DNA of 64,000 nucleotides, taken from the IMG/VR virus record IMGVR_UViG_3300028400_000003, positions 20,086 through 84,085 of that record. The stretch is one strand, 5' to 3'. A program made the translations under genes and the position numbers. The notes beneath the pieces were generated by a model, which was given only the letters and a program-made list of their open reading frames with translations, was not told the origin of the DNA and ran no database searches. Within the stretch, counting starts at the first letter, position 1. Each line of letters opens with the position of its first letter. Below, one piece after another: positions 36,101 to 46,143 of the stretch. Source of the stretch: a virus.

Positions 36101-37713
36101 CCATAATCCAGACCGTCGAGGTTGGCAGCCCCGCCTTTGATCAGCTGGCCGATGCGCTCCTGCGGGTTAACGAGGCCCTTAACCGGCTTGGGCGGGATGC
36201 TGGTGACCCGTTGCAGGGCATAGACGACCTAAGCGAAGCGCTAAGCACTTTGGCCGCAGACGGGGCCATATCGCGTGAAGAGGCCGTGCGGCTGGCCAAG
36301 GGGTTCGGCGGTCTTGGCGAGGCGGTGGCCGGGGCCGTTGGCGGCCTTGGCACCTGGAACGCAAGGTTGCAGGCGGGCTTGATCACGGAAGACGAGTACC
36401 GCACTAAGCTAGAGATGACCCGCGACATACTGCAAGAGCTTGCTCAAAGGTACAAGGACGACCCAGTGCTCCTTGAGCTTTATGCTGGGGCATTGGATAG
36501 CGTAAACCAGCAGCTTGCCACCTTGAGTGACACCGGCGGGCAGCTGAGTGACGACAGCCTCTTGCCTGAAGAACTTGACCGCAGGGCGTCCCTGCTATCG
36601 GCCAGATTCCGGGAGGTTGGCGAGGCGCTGGCGAGCCTGGCCAAGGATGGCCGGCTAACCGAGCAGGAGATGAGCCTACTCAGCCGTGCTTTTGGTGACC
36701 AGGGGCAGGCTATACTCGACGCCTTTGACGGTTTTCGCGAGATACGAACGGCGTTTGAGATTGGTCAGATCGGAGCCGAAGAGTTTCGGAGTGCGGTAGA
36801 GGGCATACTGCCTCAGCTGGAAGAGGCCATCCAAAACGTCGAGCGGGGTACCCCAGCATGGTATATGCTCGCCGAAGCGATCAAGGCGGCCAAGAGTGCA
36901 CTAGGCGATGGCGGTAGCGAAGCGTTTGACCTTGGCAAGGAGATTGCGTCAGGGCTCAGTAACATATCAAGCCGGGCTCAAGTCGGGCTTCTAGGCAACG
37001 GCCTTGAGCAGCGTAGGCAGGTGCTCGAAGAAACGGCTTCCTTGCTCCGGGAAAAGATCGCCGAGGGCCTAAAGAACGGCCTAGACCCTGACAATCCAGA
37101 GATACAGGCGGCGCTGGAAAAGTTGCAGTCCACGGAGATTGAGTTGAAGCTGGTCACCGCCGGGGCCAAGATTGCGGACGCCTTCGTTGACGCGGCGGCT
37201 TCGGTTGGTCAGGCGTTGGGCGAGTACCTGGTCAACGGTGGCGCTGAGGCCGGGGCCAGACTTTACGACGCCCTGGTTTCTGCGTCAGAAACCTTTTCCA
37301 ATGTGCTCAAGTCTACCCTCACGGACCTTGGAGCCGACCTAGGCGGCAAGCTAGGGCAGCAGCTAGGTGAGTCCATCGGCGGGGCCGTTGGCGGGGCGCT
37401 CGGGGCCGCAGGCGGGCCGCTTGGCATGGCCATAGGTACGGCTATCGGGGCCGCCGTGGGTTCGTTGCTTGGGAGCCTGCTCGATTTCATCTTTAAAGCT
37501 CCCAAGGCAAAGCCTGAACCTGATACCCTGGACAAGAGGGTGACGACAAGCGTGTCGGAGGTCAACTACACCGCCATTGCCAACCTGAACGTAACCGAGG
37601 GGGCCAACATGCGCGATCCACAATTCCGGTCTGAGCTACGTGGGTTCGTCAGGCAGACGGCTACGGAACTGCTCGATCAGTTAGGGCTCGTCAAGGGAGG
37701 CGCGAATGCCTAG
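33169..37713 (+). CDS. tape measure protein
   Basis: 1514 aa, helical and Ala-rich; TP901-type N-terminal domain; Gly-rich hydrophobic C-terminus. Confidence 0.92.
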   Translation: MASYSLGRAIFETGVDLTGLNRGLTKAEQRVKAFGLKIERQVKGGKAFSFTAPLEKQTAAINKFSKQAEQSLGRVKRASAGTSNALGKMVTKYLAAGAVLYGVQKAFRATINAAKDFEVAITNIDTLAANTTEQMALLRQGVLDLASVVGEGPTKLASALYDVVSAGYSGAEGLKVLEASAKAARAGLTTTKVAADAVTTTLNAYGLAAEQATHVTDVLQTTVKYGKTTWGELAPVIGQVIPLAAAAGVSIEELGGALAVLTGNGVQTSQAVTQVRSLIAALLKDTSQAREVMDKYNFSISASTLQQKGLIGTLKELQGAIGGDTEALFKFLGRVEAVNAALALTTDQGFKKLVSVTEEMRKAGGVVDEAFNKQLGTAQGQIDRFTAALDALKITLGNELLPTIGIVAGALAGLIEKINDLANPRLAAAKKLVLEAGVAEEQVSPEQLSKIAGIQEQLRELREVERRLKDLDTVMRTSGVGAFISGLETVAARLGMTKEELAEVHKEARKALREGRGEEFAAQFAARVNQMLQSQKSELQASLDEALKPGPGAEDLSQKIEQINRSLNNARQQAQQLGSADIFKTAAAKAVESLKALRQEFASNEEVVQNIDNLIKSIETEAANFKVAPQAPSEAEAEDFLKPYRDALQNITLKSKLGLIDEGTARRQLEDIRNRLQKVLEGTGDQAKQNSIMTLILSLDLAMKGLQTQAKSTDDAFQAWLQKLEVQAKRGLRPVSEIKNEVASARQKILEQIRALGPLDTREKVEILFELSAKLDRLDGLSETLKGATDRQLEAYREYYRSRVEGLGYEMADEARAAMQTLASALSGEADFSQGLAAAEKLRGLIEQSVVPIPDAVKTAALELLDAFDAYGAAIADGFEKAARAVNQARFGEGILATADAFRRSFDTVGEALVYLGKNGQLTEENMRALGVAYGEVGQTLEQLFTGASALNLAFKLGIISADDYRKRLSEARDVLQTIIQTVEVGSPAFDQLADALLRVNEALNRLGRDAGDPLQGIDDLSEALSTLAADGAISREEAVRLAKGFGGLGEAVAGAVGGLGTWNARLQAGLITEDEYRTKLEMTRDILQELAQRYKDDPVLLELYAGALDSVNQQLATLSDTGGQLSDDSLLPEELDRRASLLSARFREVGEALASLAKDGRLTEQEMSLLSRAFGDQGQAILDAFDGFREIRTAFEIGQIGAEEFRSAVEGILPQLEEAIQNVERGTPAWYMLAEAIKAAKSALGDGGSEAFDLGKEIASGLSNISSRAQVGLLGNGLEQRRQVLEETASLLREKIAEGLKNGLDPDNPEIQAALEKLQSTEIELKLVTAGAKIADAFVDAAASVGQALGEYLVNGGAEAGARLYDALVSASETFSNVLKSTLTDLGADLGGKLGQQLGESIGGAVGGALGAAGGPLGMAIGTAIGAAVGSLLGSLLDFIFKAPKAKPEPDTLDKRVTTSVSEVNYTAIANLNVTEGANMRDPQFRSELRGFVRQTATELLDQLGLVKGGANA

Positions 37714-38110
37714 CGTAACGGTTACACCACTGAGTGGCGGGTCAGCCGTCACCCTGCCACAGTTTAATGACATATCCTACGGGTCGCAGCGCGAGGTATC
37801 CTTCGGCTGGCAGACTCCGCTTAAGGACATCTACGCCGATATCGTTGGGCTTGCGGCCACGAACGTACAGGTCGAGCGCAACCGCAATGGAACCTACGTG
37901 GCCATAGCTGATCCAGGTGCTCAGGCCGTGGAGGTCAGCTGGACGGAGTACGAGCTTGATACTAGAGTGCCACTATCCAAGACGGCCAAGGGTGTGATCA
38001 CGCTGAGCGGGACGACGTACCGCAACCTGGCCGAAACGACAACCATGACCCTATGGCGGGTGCAATGGTTGTTCATCAGGGCCACGGGTGAATCCTATGA
38101 ACTGGTGTAG
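37706..38110 (+). CDS. distal tail protein (putative)
   Basis: Position after the tape measure gene. Confidence 0.5.
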   Translation: MPSVTVTPLSGGSAVTLPQFNDISYGSQREVSFGWQTPLKDIYADIVGLAATNVQVERNRNGTYVAIADPGAQAVEVSWTEYELDTRVPLSKTAKGVITLSGTTYRNLAETTTMTLWRVQWLFIRATGESYELV

Positions 38111-38117
38111 GTGAGGC

Positions 38118-40274
38118 ATGGATCCCAAACCGCTTACGCCCTCTACCAAAGTGGTTCCAGACCCCAAGCCGTTGTCACTTTCGGCTCAGCTGCCGGTGGC
38201 GGCCTTGGGCTCCTACAACCACTTCTACGGGAGCGCCGGCGGCTACTCGGTTTACTACCCCGATCTGAATTCCTACACCTGGTTTGAGGCGGCGCGGCTC
38301 AACGACCCCGTAAGGGTCCACCTAGGTGAGTCTTTGGGCGGGCGGTTCGTTGATTCGGATATTTCGTTTACTTACCTATCCGTAGCCCCGCTTGAGGTTG
38401 GAGATACACACTTCATCGGGGCCGAGATAACCCCGAACGAACCACTACGCACCTTCTGGATTACCACGAAGGCGGAGGAGGCGGGCCTGATCACCTACGG
38501 CGGGGCTACCCTGCTATCCAGGCTTCACTCAACCGTGGCCCCCGAGGTAGTCGAGAATGGGCCGTTTACCCCGCAAGAGGCGCTGGAAAAGATACTTACC
38601 AGCTGGCGTGACGCCGGGCATGACTGGCTTGTGTGGGAGCCGATACCTAGCATTGGCATCAGGGTCGAATCGGGCATCTACATTCCAACGATCAACGCGC
38701 TGGCCCTATTCCAGGACAAAGACCTTGCGATTGAGCAGAAGACGATGCGGCAATGGCTTGAAGAGTTTATTGCCCCATTCTCCGACTATTACTTCCGCGT
38801 CACGAGCGCTGGCAAGCTGCAACTGGTTAGGCTTGGCGAGGGATACGAAACCGGAGGGGTGCTGAGCAAAGACTGGGGCGTCAGCGGCAATGCAAGCGAT
38901 ACCTTCACTTCATCCGCAACGAGCCTGACCATTAACCTTACTCCGCGCATCTACAGGTATGAAACCCTTGTGCTCGCCCCTACACCTGCTAGCATAACCG
39001 TACTCAACGACGGCGTGGCCGTATCCAACACATTCACGGGCACAGGTACGGATGGAAACGCTTACGACTTGACCGTTGAGGCCACACTTGACGCGGCAGG
39101 CAATGGCACCATAGCCGTCACCTCCTTCAAGCTCAACGGGGTCGAGGTTACCCGCGAGGCGGTCGGGTATAGGGTTGACTGGACGGCTTCGCCTACGGAT
39201 CGGGTGCTCAAGGTGCTTGGCAACGATGACCTGACCCCGGAGGAAACCCTAACCACGCTCACGGATGAGATCGTCAACATCTGCAAGGTGACGAGCAAAG
39301 GATACGACTTCGTGAGCACCACGGACATTCTTGAACCTGCGTGTGGGATCATGAACGTCCAATGGTGGTGCGGCGGCGGCCAGCAACTCCTCTCCCCGAC
39401 CCCTTCGACGGTATGCCCCACGGGCCGCTACAATTTGGGTACGGGCACGACATCATGGCAGGAGCGGGCAACCCGCTACGTAGTGCTACCCGAGGTGTGG
39501 AAGGTAGCGGCCAACACGCTGGTAGGTGGAACCACGATTGACGTTAGCACGCAAGTGCATTGGTATTTTGACCGCTGCGGCGATACCGCCCCGCAGGGGT
39601 ACTACACCTCCCAAACGGTTACTGGAACGGCTCAGATCAACAACGGGGACTGGCAGCTGGTTGGAAACGCCTACCTTGACCCGAGCGCCTGGGGCGACCT
39701 TAACGCCTATGTCTATGTGCAAAGCGTGTTTGACGCTGATGGCACGTTCCAGGGTTTTAGGGTGAAGCTTGGTTTGCGCATGGGCGATCTACAGAGCGTT
39801 TGGGCTTTCGGGGTGCAGCTGAACGCCGATGGCACATCGTTTAGTGAACGCCAGGAGAACATCGTGGCCGTGTACGGCGAGGCCACGGAAGACCCCGGCG
39901 TTGGAGGTAGTCAACAGGTCTACGGTAGGCGCATCCGCGAGATTGACATGGGCTGGTTCCCGGTTAGTTACGATGACGCCCTCTCCATTGCCCAAGCGGT
40001 GGTCACCAACAACTACAACCCGAAGCGCGAGTACACGCTTGAGCTTATGCCGCCCTACACGGCACTTAAGCCCGATGACATTGCCGCACCGGTGAAGTTT
40101 AAGGACATCGAGGGGGTGCTTTGGGCCTGGAAGTATACGGAGATTCATAGCGCGGCCACATCGCGCTCGCGCATGGAGATCACGGTTCGCGAGACCAGTC
40201 ACGTGCTCAGTGACGTACTCGATGAAACAGCCTACGGGGATGCCGTGTATACTGTGTCTAAGTACCTGGAGTGA
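38118..40274 (+). CDS. tail tip/baseplate hub protein (putative)
   Basis: Position; SQQVYGRRIREI hub-like motif. Confidence 0.6.
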   Translation: MDPKPLTPSTKVVPDPKPLSLSAQLPVAALGSYNHFYGSAGGYSVYYPDLNSYTWFEAARLNDPVRVHLGESLGGRFVDSDISFTYLSVAPLEVGDTHFIGAEITPNEPLRTFWITTKAEEAGLITYGGATLLSRLHSTVAPEVVENGPFTPQEALEKILTSWRDAGHDWLVWEPIPSIGIRVESGIYIPTINALALFQDKDLAIEQKTMRQWLEEFIAPFSDYYFRVTSAGKLQLVRLGEGYETGGVLSKDWGVSGNASDTFTSSATSLTINLTPRIYRYETLVLAPTPASITVLNDGVAVSNTFTGTGTDGNAYDLTVEATLDAAGNGTIAVTSFKLNGVEVTREAVGYRVDWTASPTDRVLKVLGNDDLTPEETLTTLTDEIVNICKVTSKGYDFVSTTDILEPACGIMNVQWWCGGGQQLLSPTPSTVCPTGRYNLGTGTTSWQERATRYVVLPEVWKVAANTLVGGTTIDVSTQVHWYFDRCGDTAPQGYYTSQTVTGTAQINNGDWQLVGNAYLDPSAWGDLNAYVYVQSVFDADGTFQGFRVKLGLRMGDLQSVWAFGVQLNADGTSFSERQENIVAVYGEATEDPGVGGSQQVYGRRIREIDMGWFPVSYDDALSIAQAVVTNNYNPKREYTLELMPPYTALKPDDIAAPVKFKDIEGVLWAWKYTEIHSAATSRSRMEITVRETSHVLSDVLDETAYGDAVYTVSKYLE

Positions 40275-40284
40275 GGTGTAGCTA

Positions 40285-40998
40285 ATGGCCCAGAATCCGA
40301 TTTACACCACGATAAGCTCCCTGCCTGGTAGCACCACGGGCAAGGTGCGGGTGGTCAAGTTTCACCTGGACGATAACCATGACGTGCTCAATCAGGCCAT
40401 CGAAAATGCTATCCTCGCGACCTACAGTCAGGGCGGGGTGACCAAGCAGGGGACCACTTCGCTTTCGGGCACCACCTTTTCAATCACGGATCATGCCGGT
40501 ATCAGCATAGACATGACGGCGGCGGGCTACATCACCTCCGCAAGCCATGATGTAGCTTCGGCCGCGGATGGCAAGCATCGGCTCGTCATGATGATCACTC
40601 CCTCAACGACCGCCCGCACCTACACGGACCCTGAAACAAGCGAAACGATCACCCACGACATGGCCACGGCCATTGGGGTGCTCGGGGTGATTGAGGGCGA
40701 CGCTACCAACTACCCCACCCTCACCGGCAACGTCGTTCCGATTATCAAGTTTGAGATGAGCAGCGGGACGGTGACTACGTGGTCTGATGACGGCGACTAC
40801 ATTGCCACGGCCTACACCGTAGACAACCACGAAGCGGCAAGCGACCCGCACCCGCAGTATCAGAAGGAGCAGGCTGGGGCTACGGCTAGCCGCCCGGCCA
40901 GCCCGGCCACCGGCGAAATGTACTTTGACACTACCCTAGGCAAGCCCATCTGGTATGACGGTAGCAACTGGGTTGACGCAACGGGGACAACAGTCTGA
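40285..40998 (+). CDS. tail fibre/baseplate protein
   Basis: HEAASDPHPQY; GEMYFDTTLGKPIWYDGSNW. Confidence 0.7.
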   Translation: MAQNPIYTTISSLPGSTTGKVRVVKFHLDDNHDVLNQAIENAILATYSQGGVTKQGTTSLSGTTFSITDHAGISIDMTAAGYITSASHDVASAADGKHRLVMMITPSTTARTYTDPETSETITHDMATAIGVLGVIEGDATNYPTLTGNVVPIIKFEMSSGTVTTWSDDGDYIATAYTVDNHEAASDPHPQYQKEQAGATASRPASPATGEMYFDTTLGKPIWYDGSNWVDATGTTV

Positions 40999-41012
40999 TG
41001 ATGGGGGGGAAG

Positions 41013-42062
41013 ATGAACCCGAGAGTTAGCAAGCGCGGAGATCGGTACATACCGGAGCTTGCCCTTGCTCAGGGGCCGGTGGCGATTGGAACCGGCTCGA
41101 CCTATGCTGAACTGTTCGGGTACATCTGGGCGGTAGAAGTCAGCGAAGCCGACGAGGTGGTGCTGTATCAATACGATGAGGCGACTTCGGCATGGGACGA
41201 GAAGCATACGATTGCGGATGCTCCCACCCCACCGGAGAAGATGCGTCACATCAGCCTCGCTTTTGATCAAGCCGCGCGTCCGATTATCGCTTACGAGCAC
41301 AAGGACACGCAGCAGATCTACGTGAGGCAATGGGATGGACTTAGCAACACATTTGTCTACCGGGGGCCATTCGACGGGGTTGATCCGGTGCTAATCAACG
41401 ACGTTGTGGTTCATTATCAGATAGGACAAAGCGACATTCTGTGCTATCACCTGACAAAAGACAGGCAAACATTGGTTGCTCGGGTACAAAGCGAGCAGTA
41501 TGGCACTCAACATGATCAAACAACCTTTACCGCTCAGGTATACCTTGATCAGATTGCCAGCTACGATTATCGGCTGGCCGTCGTGGGAAGCTATTGTTCA
41601 GACCAGGACTCAACCGACGTAGTGCTTGATACTGGTCCATATCCACAATACTTGTCGGATGTCGTTCACCAATCAAGCTACATTGCCGGTACCGGGAATT
41701 ATATACCCAAGATTGTCGCCGAAGATGTAGGAACCGACAATGTAGCGGCCGCATCCTATACGGTTGGAGCAGGCAACTATATCCCACTAACCGTGATTAT
41801 TGACGTTGGAAGTGATGGCGTAGCATCGGTGGCTTATATTGTTGGAAATACCGATTATGCAACGGTCGTGGTTGTTCATGACCTTACGGCCTCGCAGTAT
41901 ACATCACCAGACGCCGTGACCACAGCATCGTTTATTGCGTCTACGGTCATATATTCCATTGTCGTGGTTGTTCATGACCTTACGGCCTCGCAGTATACAT
42001 CACCAGACGCCGTGACAAGCTCAAGCTACATAGTTGGAGGTGGCACCTATGCAACAGCATAG
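41013..42062 (+). CDS. tail-associated protein A1
   Basis: Paralog of 43189-44253; C-terminal repeats of about 28-32 aa. Confidence 0.75.
   Translation: MNPRVSKRGDRYIPELALAQGPVAIGTGSTYAELFGYIWAVEVSEADEVVLYQYDEATSAWDEKHTIADAPTPPEKMRHISLAFDQAARPIIAYEHKDTQQIYVRQWDGLSNTFVYRGPFDGVDPVLINDVVVHYQIGQSDILCYHLTKDRQTLVARVQSEQYGTQHDQTTFTAQVYLDQIASYDYRLAVVGSYCSDQDSTDVVLDTGPYPQYLSDVVHQSSYIAGTGNYIPKIVAEDVGTDNVAAASYTVGAGNYIPLTVIIDVGSDGVASVAYIVGNTDYATVVVVHDLTASQYTSPDAVTTASFIASTVIYSIVVVVHDLTASQYTSPDAVTSSSYIVGGGTYATA
41865..42016 (+). repeat. perfect 56-bp direct repeat, period 96 bp
   Basis: 41865-41920 is identical to 41961-42016. Confidence 0.9.
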
Positions 42063-43179
42063 CAGATTTGAGAAAAGCGGCAGATTCTACCTTCCAAAAG
42101 TTAGAGTGCTTGGCGAGAGAAGACCGCCAGCGCCCAAGCAACATGTTCGCATGCTTGGACCACAGGAGATGTTCTGGCAGATCATCGAGGGCAATGATGT
42201 CGTTAGGGAGGCCGAAAGCCCTGTACATAACATCGTGCTTACCAACTCCCTTGATCTTGCTGCATCCTATGGTTTTACGGGCCAGGCCAACTACGCCGTT
42301 GTGGGTACCGGCTCCAGCACCCCCGCAGCTTCGCAGACCGGACTAGACAACGAAGTAGCGAGGACCAACTACCTACCTGACGGCGAAACGGTTACGGTGA
42401 CCCGAAATGCAGACGGCGATTACACATTCCAAGTCGTAAGGGAGTTTACGGAGGCTGAGGTTGGCGGCCAAAACCTTACGGAGTGGGGCTTTAGCGGGGG
42501 CGGAACCGCTGGAAATAATCTGATGAGCCGCGAATTGTTCAGGGATGGCAGTGGAAATCCGATTACGATCACCCTTGCTTCAGATCAAAAACTTCGACTG
42601 ATCTATGCGACCAGATTTACGGTTGGGCCAGTGACGGCTACCGCAACCGACTTGACGATTAGCGGATATGGAACGGTGAGCGGGAAAAGCATTGCCTTTA
42701 AAAGCGCTTCAATCTTTGGGCTTACTCAAGGGGCGGTAGATATTTATACTGCCGACATGGTGGCCAAAGCATCGAATGGTACGCCATTTTCTCGTTATAT
42801 TCCATCTGGCGACCCAGGATATGAACTGAATTTATATCTCATGTTTTGGATTACATCTTCATTGTATACAGCGGATTATAACACCAACGCTGCGGCGCAA
42901 AGCGCTGGTACCATGCGCTCCATTGACGACGGCAATCTGCCTTTCAATGCCTATACATCGGGTTCATACCAACGAACGATCAGCTCAGCACTCTTCGGCA
43001 CCACTGAAGCAAACTACAATATAGCAAGTATTGGATTTGCAGTTTCGGATTCATCTACTGAGTCAAACAGGGGATTTGGTTGGGCATGGATAGCTAACGA
43101 TAGCAACAACACCATTAATAAAGACAACCTGCATAAGATAGACTTCTCCGGCTGGGGTATTTCCTGGAGCGCCCTGTGA
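42049..43179 (+). CDS. tail-associated protein B1 (candidate receptor-binding)
   Basis: YAVVGTGSS; EFTEAEVGGQNLTEWGFS; paralog of 44265-45305. Confidence 0.75.
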   Translation: MQQHSRFEKSGRFYLPKVRVLGERRPPAPKQHVRMLGPQEMFWQIIEGNDVVREAESPVHNIVLTNSLDLAASYGFTGQANYAVVGTGSSTPAASQTGLDNEVARTNYLPDGETVTVTRNADGDYTFQVVREFTEAEVGGQNLTEWGFSGGGTAGNNLMSRELFRDGSGNPITITLASDQKLRLIYATRFTVGPVTATATDLTISGYGTVSGKSIAFKSASIFGLTQGAVDIYTADMVAKASNGTPFSRYIPSGDPGYELNLYLMFWITSSLYTADYNTNAAAQSAGTMRSIDDGNLPFNAYTSGSYQRTISSALFGTTEANYNIASIGFAVSDSSTESNRGFGWAWIANDSNNTINKDNLHKIDFSGWGISWSAL

Positions 43180-43188
43180 GGTACATGG

Positions 43189-44253
43189 ATGAACCCTAGA
43201 GTATCCAAGCGTGGCGACTACTGGTTCCCAGAGCTAGCCCTAGCTCAGGGGCCGGTGGAAATAGCCGTTACTGGTTCAGATTACGCAAGCCTTTTCGGCC
43301 ATGTTTGGGCCGTAGCGCTCGAAGAGGCAGGCGAGGTGGCGTTGTATCAATACGACGCTGCGGCCACAACCTGGAACAAGAAGAGCACGATCACGGATGT
43401 ACCTACACCGGTCAATAAGATGCGCCACATCAGCCTGGCTTTCGATCAGGCAGCCCGGCCCATCATTGCCTATGAGCACGTAGACACGCAGCAGATTTAC
43501 ATCCGGCAATGGGATGCTACGGCCAGCGCTTTTGTCTACCGGGGACCGTTTGACGGGGTTGATCCGGTGCTGGTCAACGATGCCGTAGCCCACTATCAAG
43601 TGAACGACAGTGATATTTTGTGCTACCACTTAACAAAAGATAGGCTTACGTTGGTAGTGAGGGTTCAGCGTGAGCAATATTCCACCGCATACACACAGGA
43701 AACGCTTGCAGAGGCGGTATATCTAGACCAGGTGGCGGCGTTGCCGCTTCGGCTTGAGCTTGCTGGCTCCACCCTTGACGCACCTAATACCACAGGCTAT
43801 GCACGTGTCACCGGCCTGTATCCTTATAACGCAGATGACCTGTTAGCTACAGCTAGCTATGTACCTGCACAATCCGCAATCTACCATCCGATAGTCGTTG
43901 TTGTTGACGTTGGCGAGGATGCTATTGGGTCTGCATCATGGGATAACGCACAAACTGCCACCTACTATCCGCTGGTCATTGTTCGCGACATTGGTACTGA
44001 CCTGCTTGGCACCACATCCTGGCAACCAGCAGGTGGCACCTATTATCCAGTAGTCATTACAGAAGACCTTACGGGGGCTGGCTATACCAGCCCGGACAAT
44101 CTTGGAACAGCTGTATGGAGCCATCCCAGTACGGGGACTTACTATCTGGTAGTCGTTACGGTTGACCTAACCGGTGCGGGCTACACCAGCCCGGATGACC
44201 TTGGAACAGCAACGTGGTATCATCCAACCACGGCAACCTATCAAGCGATTTGA
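43189..44253 (+). CDS. tail-associated protein A2
   Basis: Starts MNPRVSKRGD, as A1 does. Confidence 0.75.
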   Translation: MNPRVSKRGDYWFPELALAQGPVEIAVTGSDYASLFGHVWAVALEEAGEVALYQYDAAATTWNKKSTITDVPTPVNKMRHISLAFDQAARPIIAYEHVDTQQIYIRQWDATASAFVYRGPFDGVDPVLVNDAVAHYQVNDSDILCYHLTKDRLTLVVRVQREQYSTAYTQETLAEAVYLDQVAALPLRLELAGSTLDAPNTTGYARVTGLYPYNADDLLATASYVPAQSAIYHPIVVVVDVGEDAIGSASWDNAQTATYYPLVIVRDIGTDLLGTTSWQPAGGTYYPVVITEDLTGAGYTSPDNLGTAVWSHPSTGTYYLVVVTVDLTGAGYTSPDDLGTATWYHPTTATYQAI

Positions 44254-44264
44254 GAGGGGGATGA

Positions 44265-45305
44265 ATGATCATCATCAGAAGGGCGCTCACTAGGAAGCCG
44301 CAGATCAGCGTTGGCCTGCGGGCGCAGCATTTGCTATGGCAGCTTGGGCATTATCAAGAGAGCTTTACCATAGGCTACGGTGGAAGATCAATCAAGCGCA
44401 GATGGATCGTTGATGCGGAAGCAGAGCAGCACAACCTTGTGCTCGATCAGACATACGATGACCTGATCGCATCTCATGGCTTTGTAAATATCAGCAGCTA
44501 TGCCGTCGTTGGCACTGGCTCAAGCGCTCCGGCGGCATCCCAGACCGGGCTCGACTCGGAGCTGGTCAGAACGAACAACGAGGCACAAGCGACTGACATC
44601 ACGCGGACGGCAGATGGCGTATACGAAGTAACGAGATACAAGGAGTTCACCGAGGCCGAGGTCGGTGGTCAAAACCTTACGGAATGGGGGTTTTCACCAA
44701 GTAGCACCGCTGGCAACAACCTGATGAGCCGTGAGCTTTTTCGTGACGGTAGTGGAAATGCGATCACGGTAACCGTTGCATCGGATCAACGCTTGAGGCT
44801 TATTTATAAGACAAAGATCACGTTCAGCCCGGTTACTGCAACGGCGACAAGCATTAACATTGCTAATCTAGGCACACGCACAGGCAAGTATTTATGGAAC
44901 GTAGATAGGTGCGGTAGTGCATCATATGGCTATCCAGACCAAGGCGATTTGAAGGTCGCCAATGGGTTTGCCGTTGGATCGGTTGATCGCTTCACAGTAA
45001 GCGATACTTCATATACTGGAACCTATACTGAAAGTACGGCGGAGCCGGGAAAACCATACAAGGCTCCAACGTTTCAGGCGTACACTTCTGGGGATCGGCA
45101 ACGATTGACCAATCAGATCACCTTCGAGGCAAACGAGGCCAATATTCTGATTGCTTCCTGGGGGTTTGGTTCCCTTAATGATCCGTGCGGCTCCGGGTAT
45201 TATACCAAGAACATGCTTTTTGTGTTTGATAGCGGTCAGGAAGTTGATAAACAGAATACCCATAAACTGATCATAGACCCATTCACGATGACATGGGGTC
45301 CATAG
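44265..45305 (+). CDS. tail-associated protein B2 (candidate receptor-binding)
   Basis: Same core as B1 with a divergent C-terminal half. Confidence 0.75.
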   Translation: MIIIRRALTRKPQISVGLRAQHLLWQLGHYQESFTIGYGGRSIKRRWIVDAEAEQHNLVLDQTYDDLIASHGFVNISSYAVVGTGSSAPAASQTGLDSELVRTNNEAQATDITRTADGVYEVTRYKEFTEAEVGGQNLTEWGFSPSSTAGNNLMSRELFRDGSGNAITVTVASDQRLRLIYKTKITFSPVTATATSINIANLGTRTGKYLWNVDRCGSASYGYPDQGDLKVANGFAVGSVDRFTVSDTSYTGTYTESTAEPGKPYKAPTFQAYTSGDRQRLTNQITFEANEANILIASWGFGSLNDPCGSGYYTKNMLFVFDSGQEVDKQNTHKLIIDPFTMTWGP

Positions 45306-45352
45306 CCCTACGTGGCCCGCTCCGGATGCTATAACGGGAAGGAGGTGAGAAC

Positions 45353-45643
45353 ATGCTGACCAACATCTTCAAATACTGGACTTTCATCAAGAGTCTGATC
45401 ACGGTCTTTCCAAAGGTGCTCGAAGTGGTGAAGAAGGTCGAGGTGATCAATTCGGCTTCCACCGGTGAGCAAAAAAAGATGTTCGCCAAGCAGCTGCTCG
45501 GGGATACCCTACCCGTACCCCCGACCTGGTGCAAGAAAGACTGGGAGGAGTTTTACGGCGGCCTGATTGACGCCGTAGTCGCCCTGCTGCATTGGCGTGG
45601 CATCTTCAAGCATGGCCAGGGCCACCCCTGCTACAAGGGGTAG
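45353..45643 (+). CDS. putative holin-like protein
   Basis: TGEQKK...LIDAVVALL pattern; precedes the endolysin candidate. Confidence 0.5.
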   Translation: MLTNIFKYWTFIKSLITVFPKVLEVVKKVEVINSASTGEQKKMFAKQLLGDTLPVPPTWCKKDWEEFYGGLIDAVVALLHWRGIFKHGQGHPCYKG

Positions 45644-45645
45644 AC

Positions 45646-46143
45646 ATGCTAAATGACGCCATTCTTGAAGCAGCCTATCGCGCTATCCGGGGCACCCTCG
45701 CGGTCGAGGATCGTCCCGGATATTGCCTCAAGACGGTTCGCCAGATCATCGAGGATGGCCTTGACCTTGCACCTGGCGACTTCTATCGCCTTTGGGTCTA
45801 TCCGAACTTTCACCTTCGACCCGATGAAACCCCGGAGGACATCAAACCCTACTGGGCGAGGGGCGCTGAGAGGGCTTTGAGGAACGCGGGGCAGGCGGTT
45901 CGTTCCATCGAGGACGCCAAGCCTGGCGACCTGGTGTTTTGCTATCGGGTGAGCAAACCCTACGGGCACGTGGGCATCCTGCTCGACGGGAAGCTGATCC
46001 TGGAGAACACCTATGCCCTCAACCGGGGGTGGAAACGCGACGGATTGAAGGCCATCAGGATCACTCCGATGCGGCAATGGGATCCGATCACTACCGTCAT
46101 CAGGCTGAGGCTGCCGGAGGGTGGAAATGCTGGCCAAGTTTAG
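45646..46143 (+). CDS. putative endolysin (NlpC/P60/CHAP-like cysteine peptidase)
   Basis: GYCL; PGDLVF; YGHVGI; LEN. Confidence 0.7.
   Translation: MLNDAILEAAYRAIRGTLAVEDRPGYCLKTVRQIIEDGLDLAPGDFYRLWVYPNFHLRPDETPEDIKPYWARGAERALRNAGQAVRSIEDAKPGDLVFCYRVSKPYGHVGILLDGKLILENTYALNRGWKRDGLKAIRITPMRQWDPITTVIRLRLPEGGNAGQV

Noticed and set aside
41013-45305. Diversity-generating retroelement or invertible tail locus
   Set aside because: No reverse transcriptase or invertase is present. The 56-bp repeat is perfect with no adenine-specific mismatches, and the copies are direct rather than inverted.
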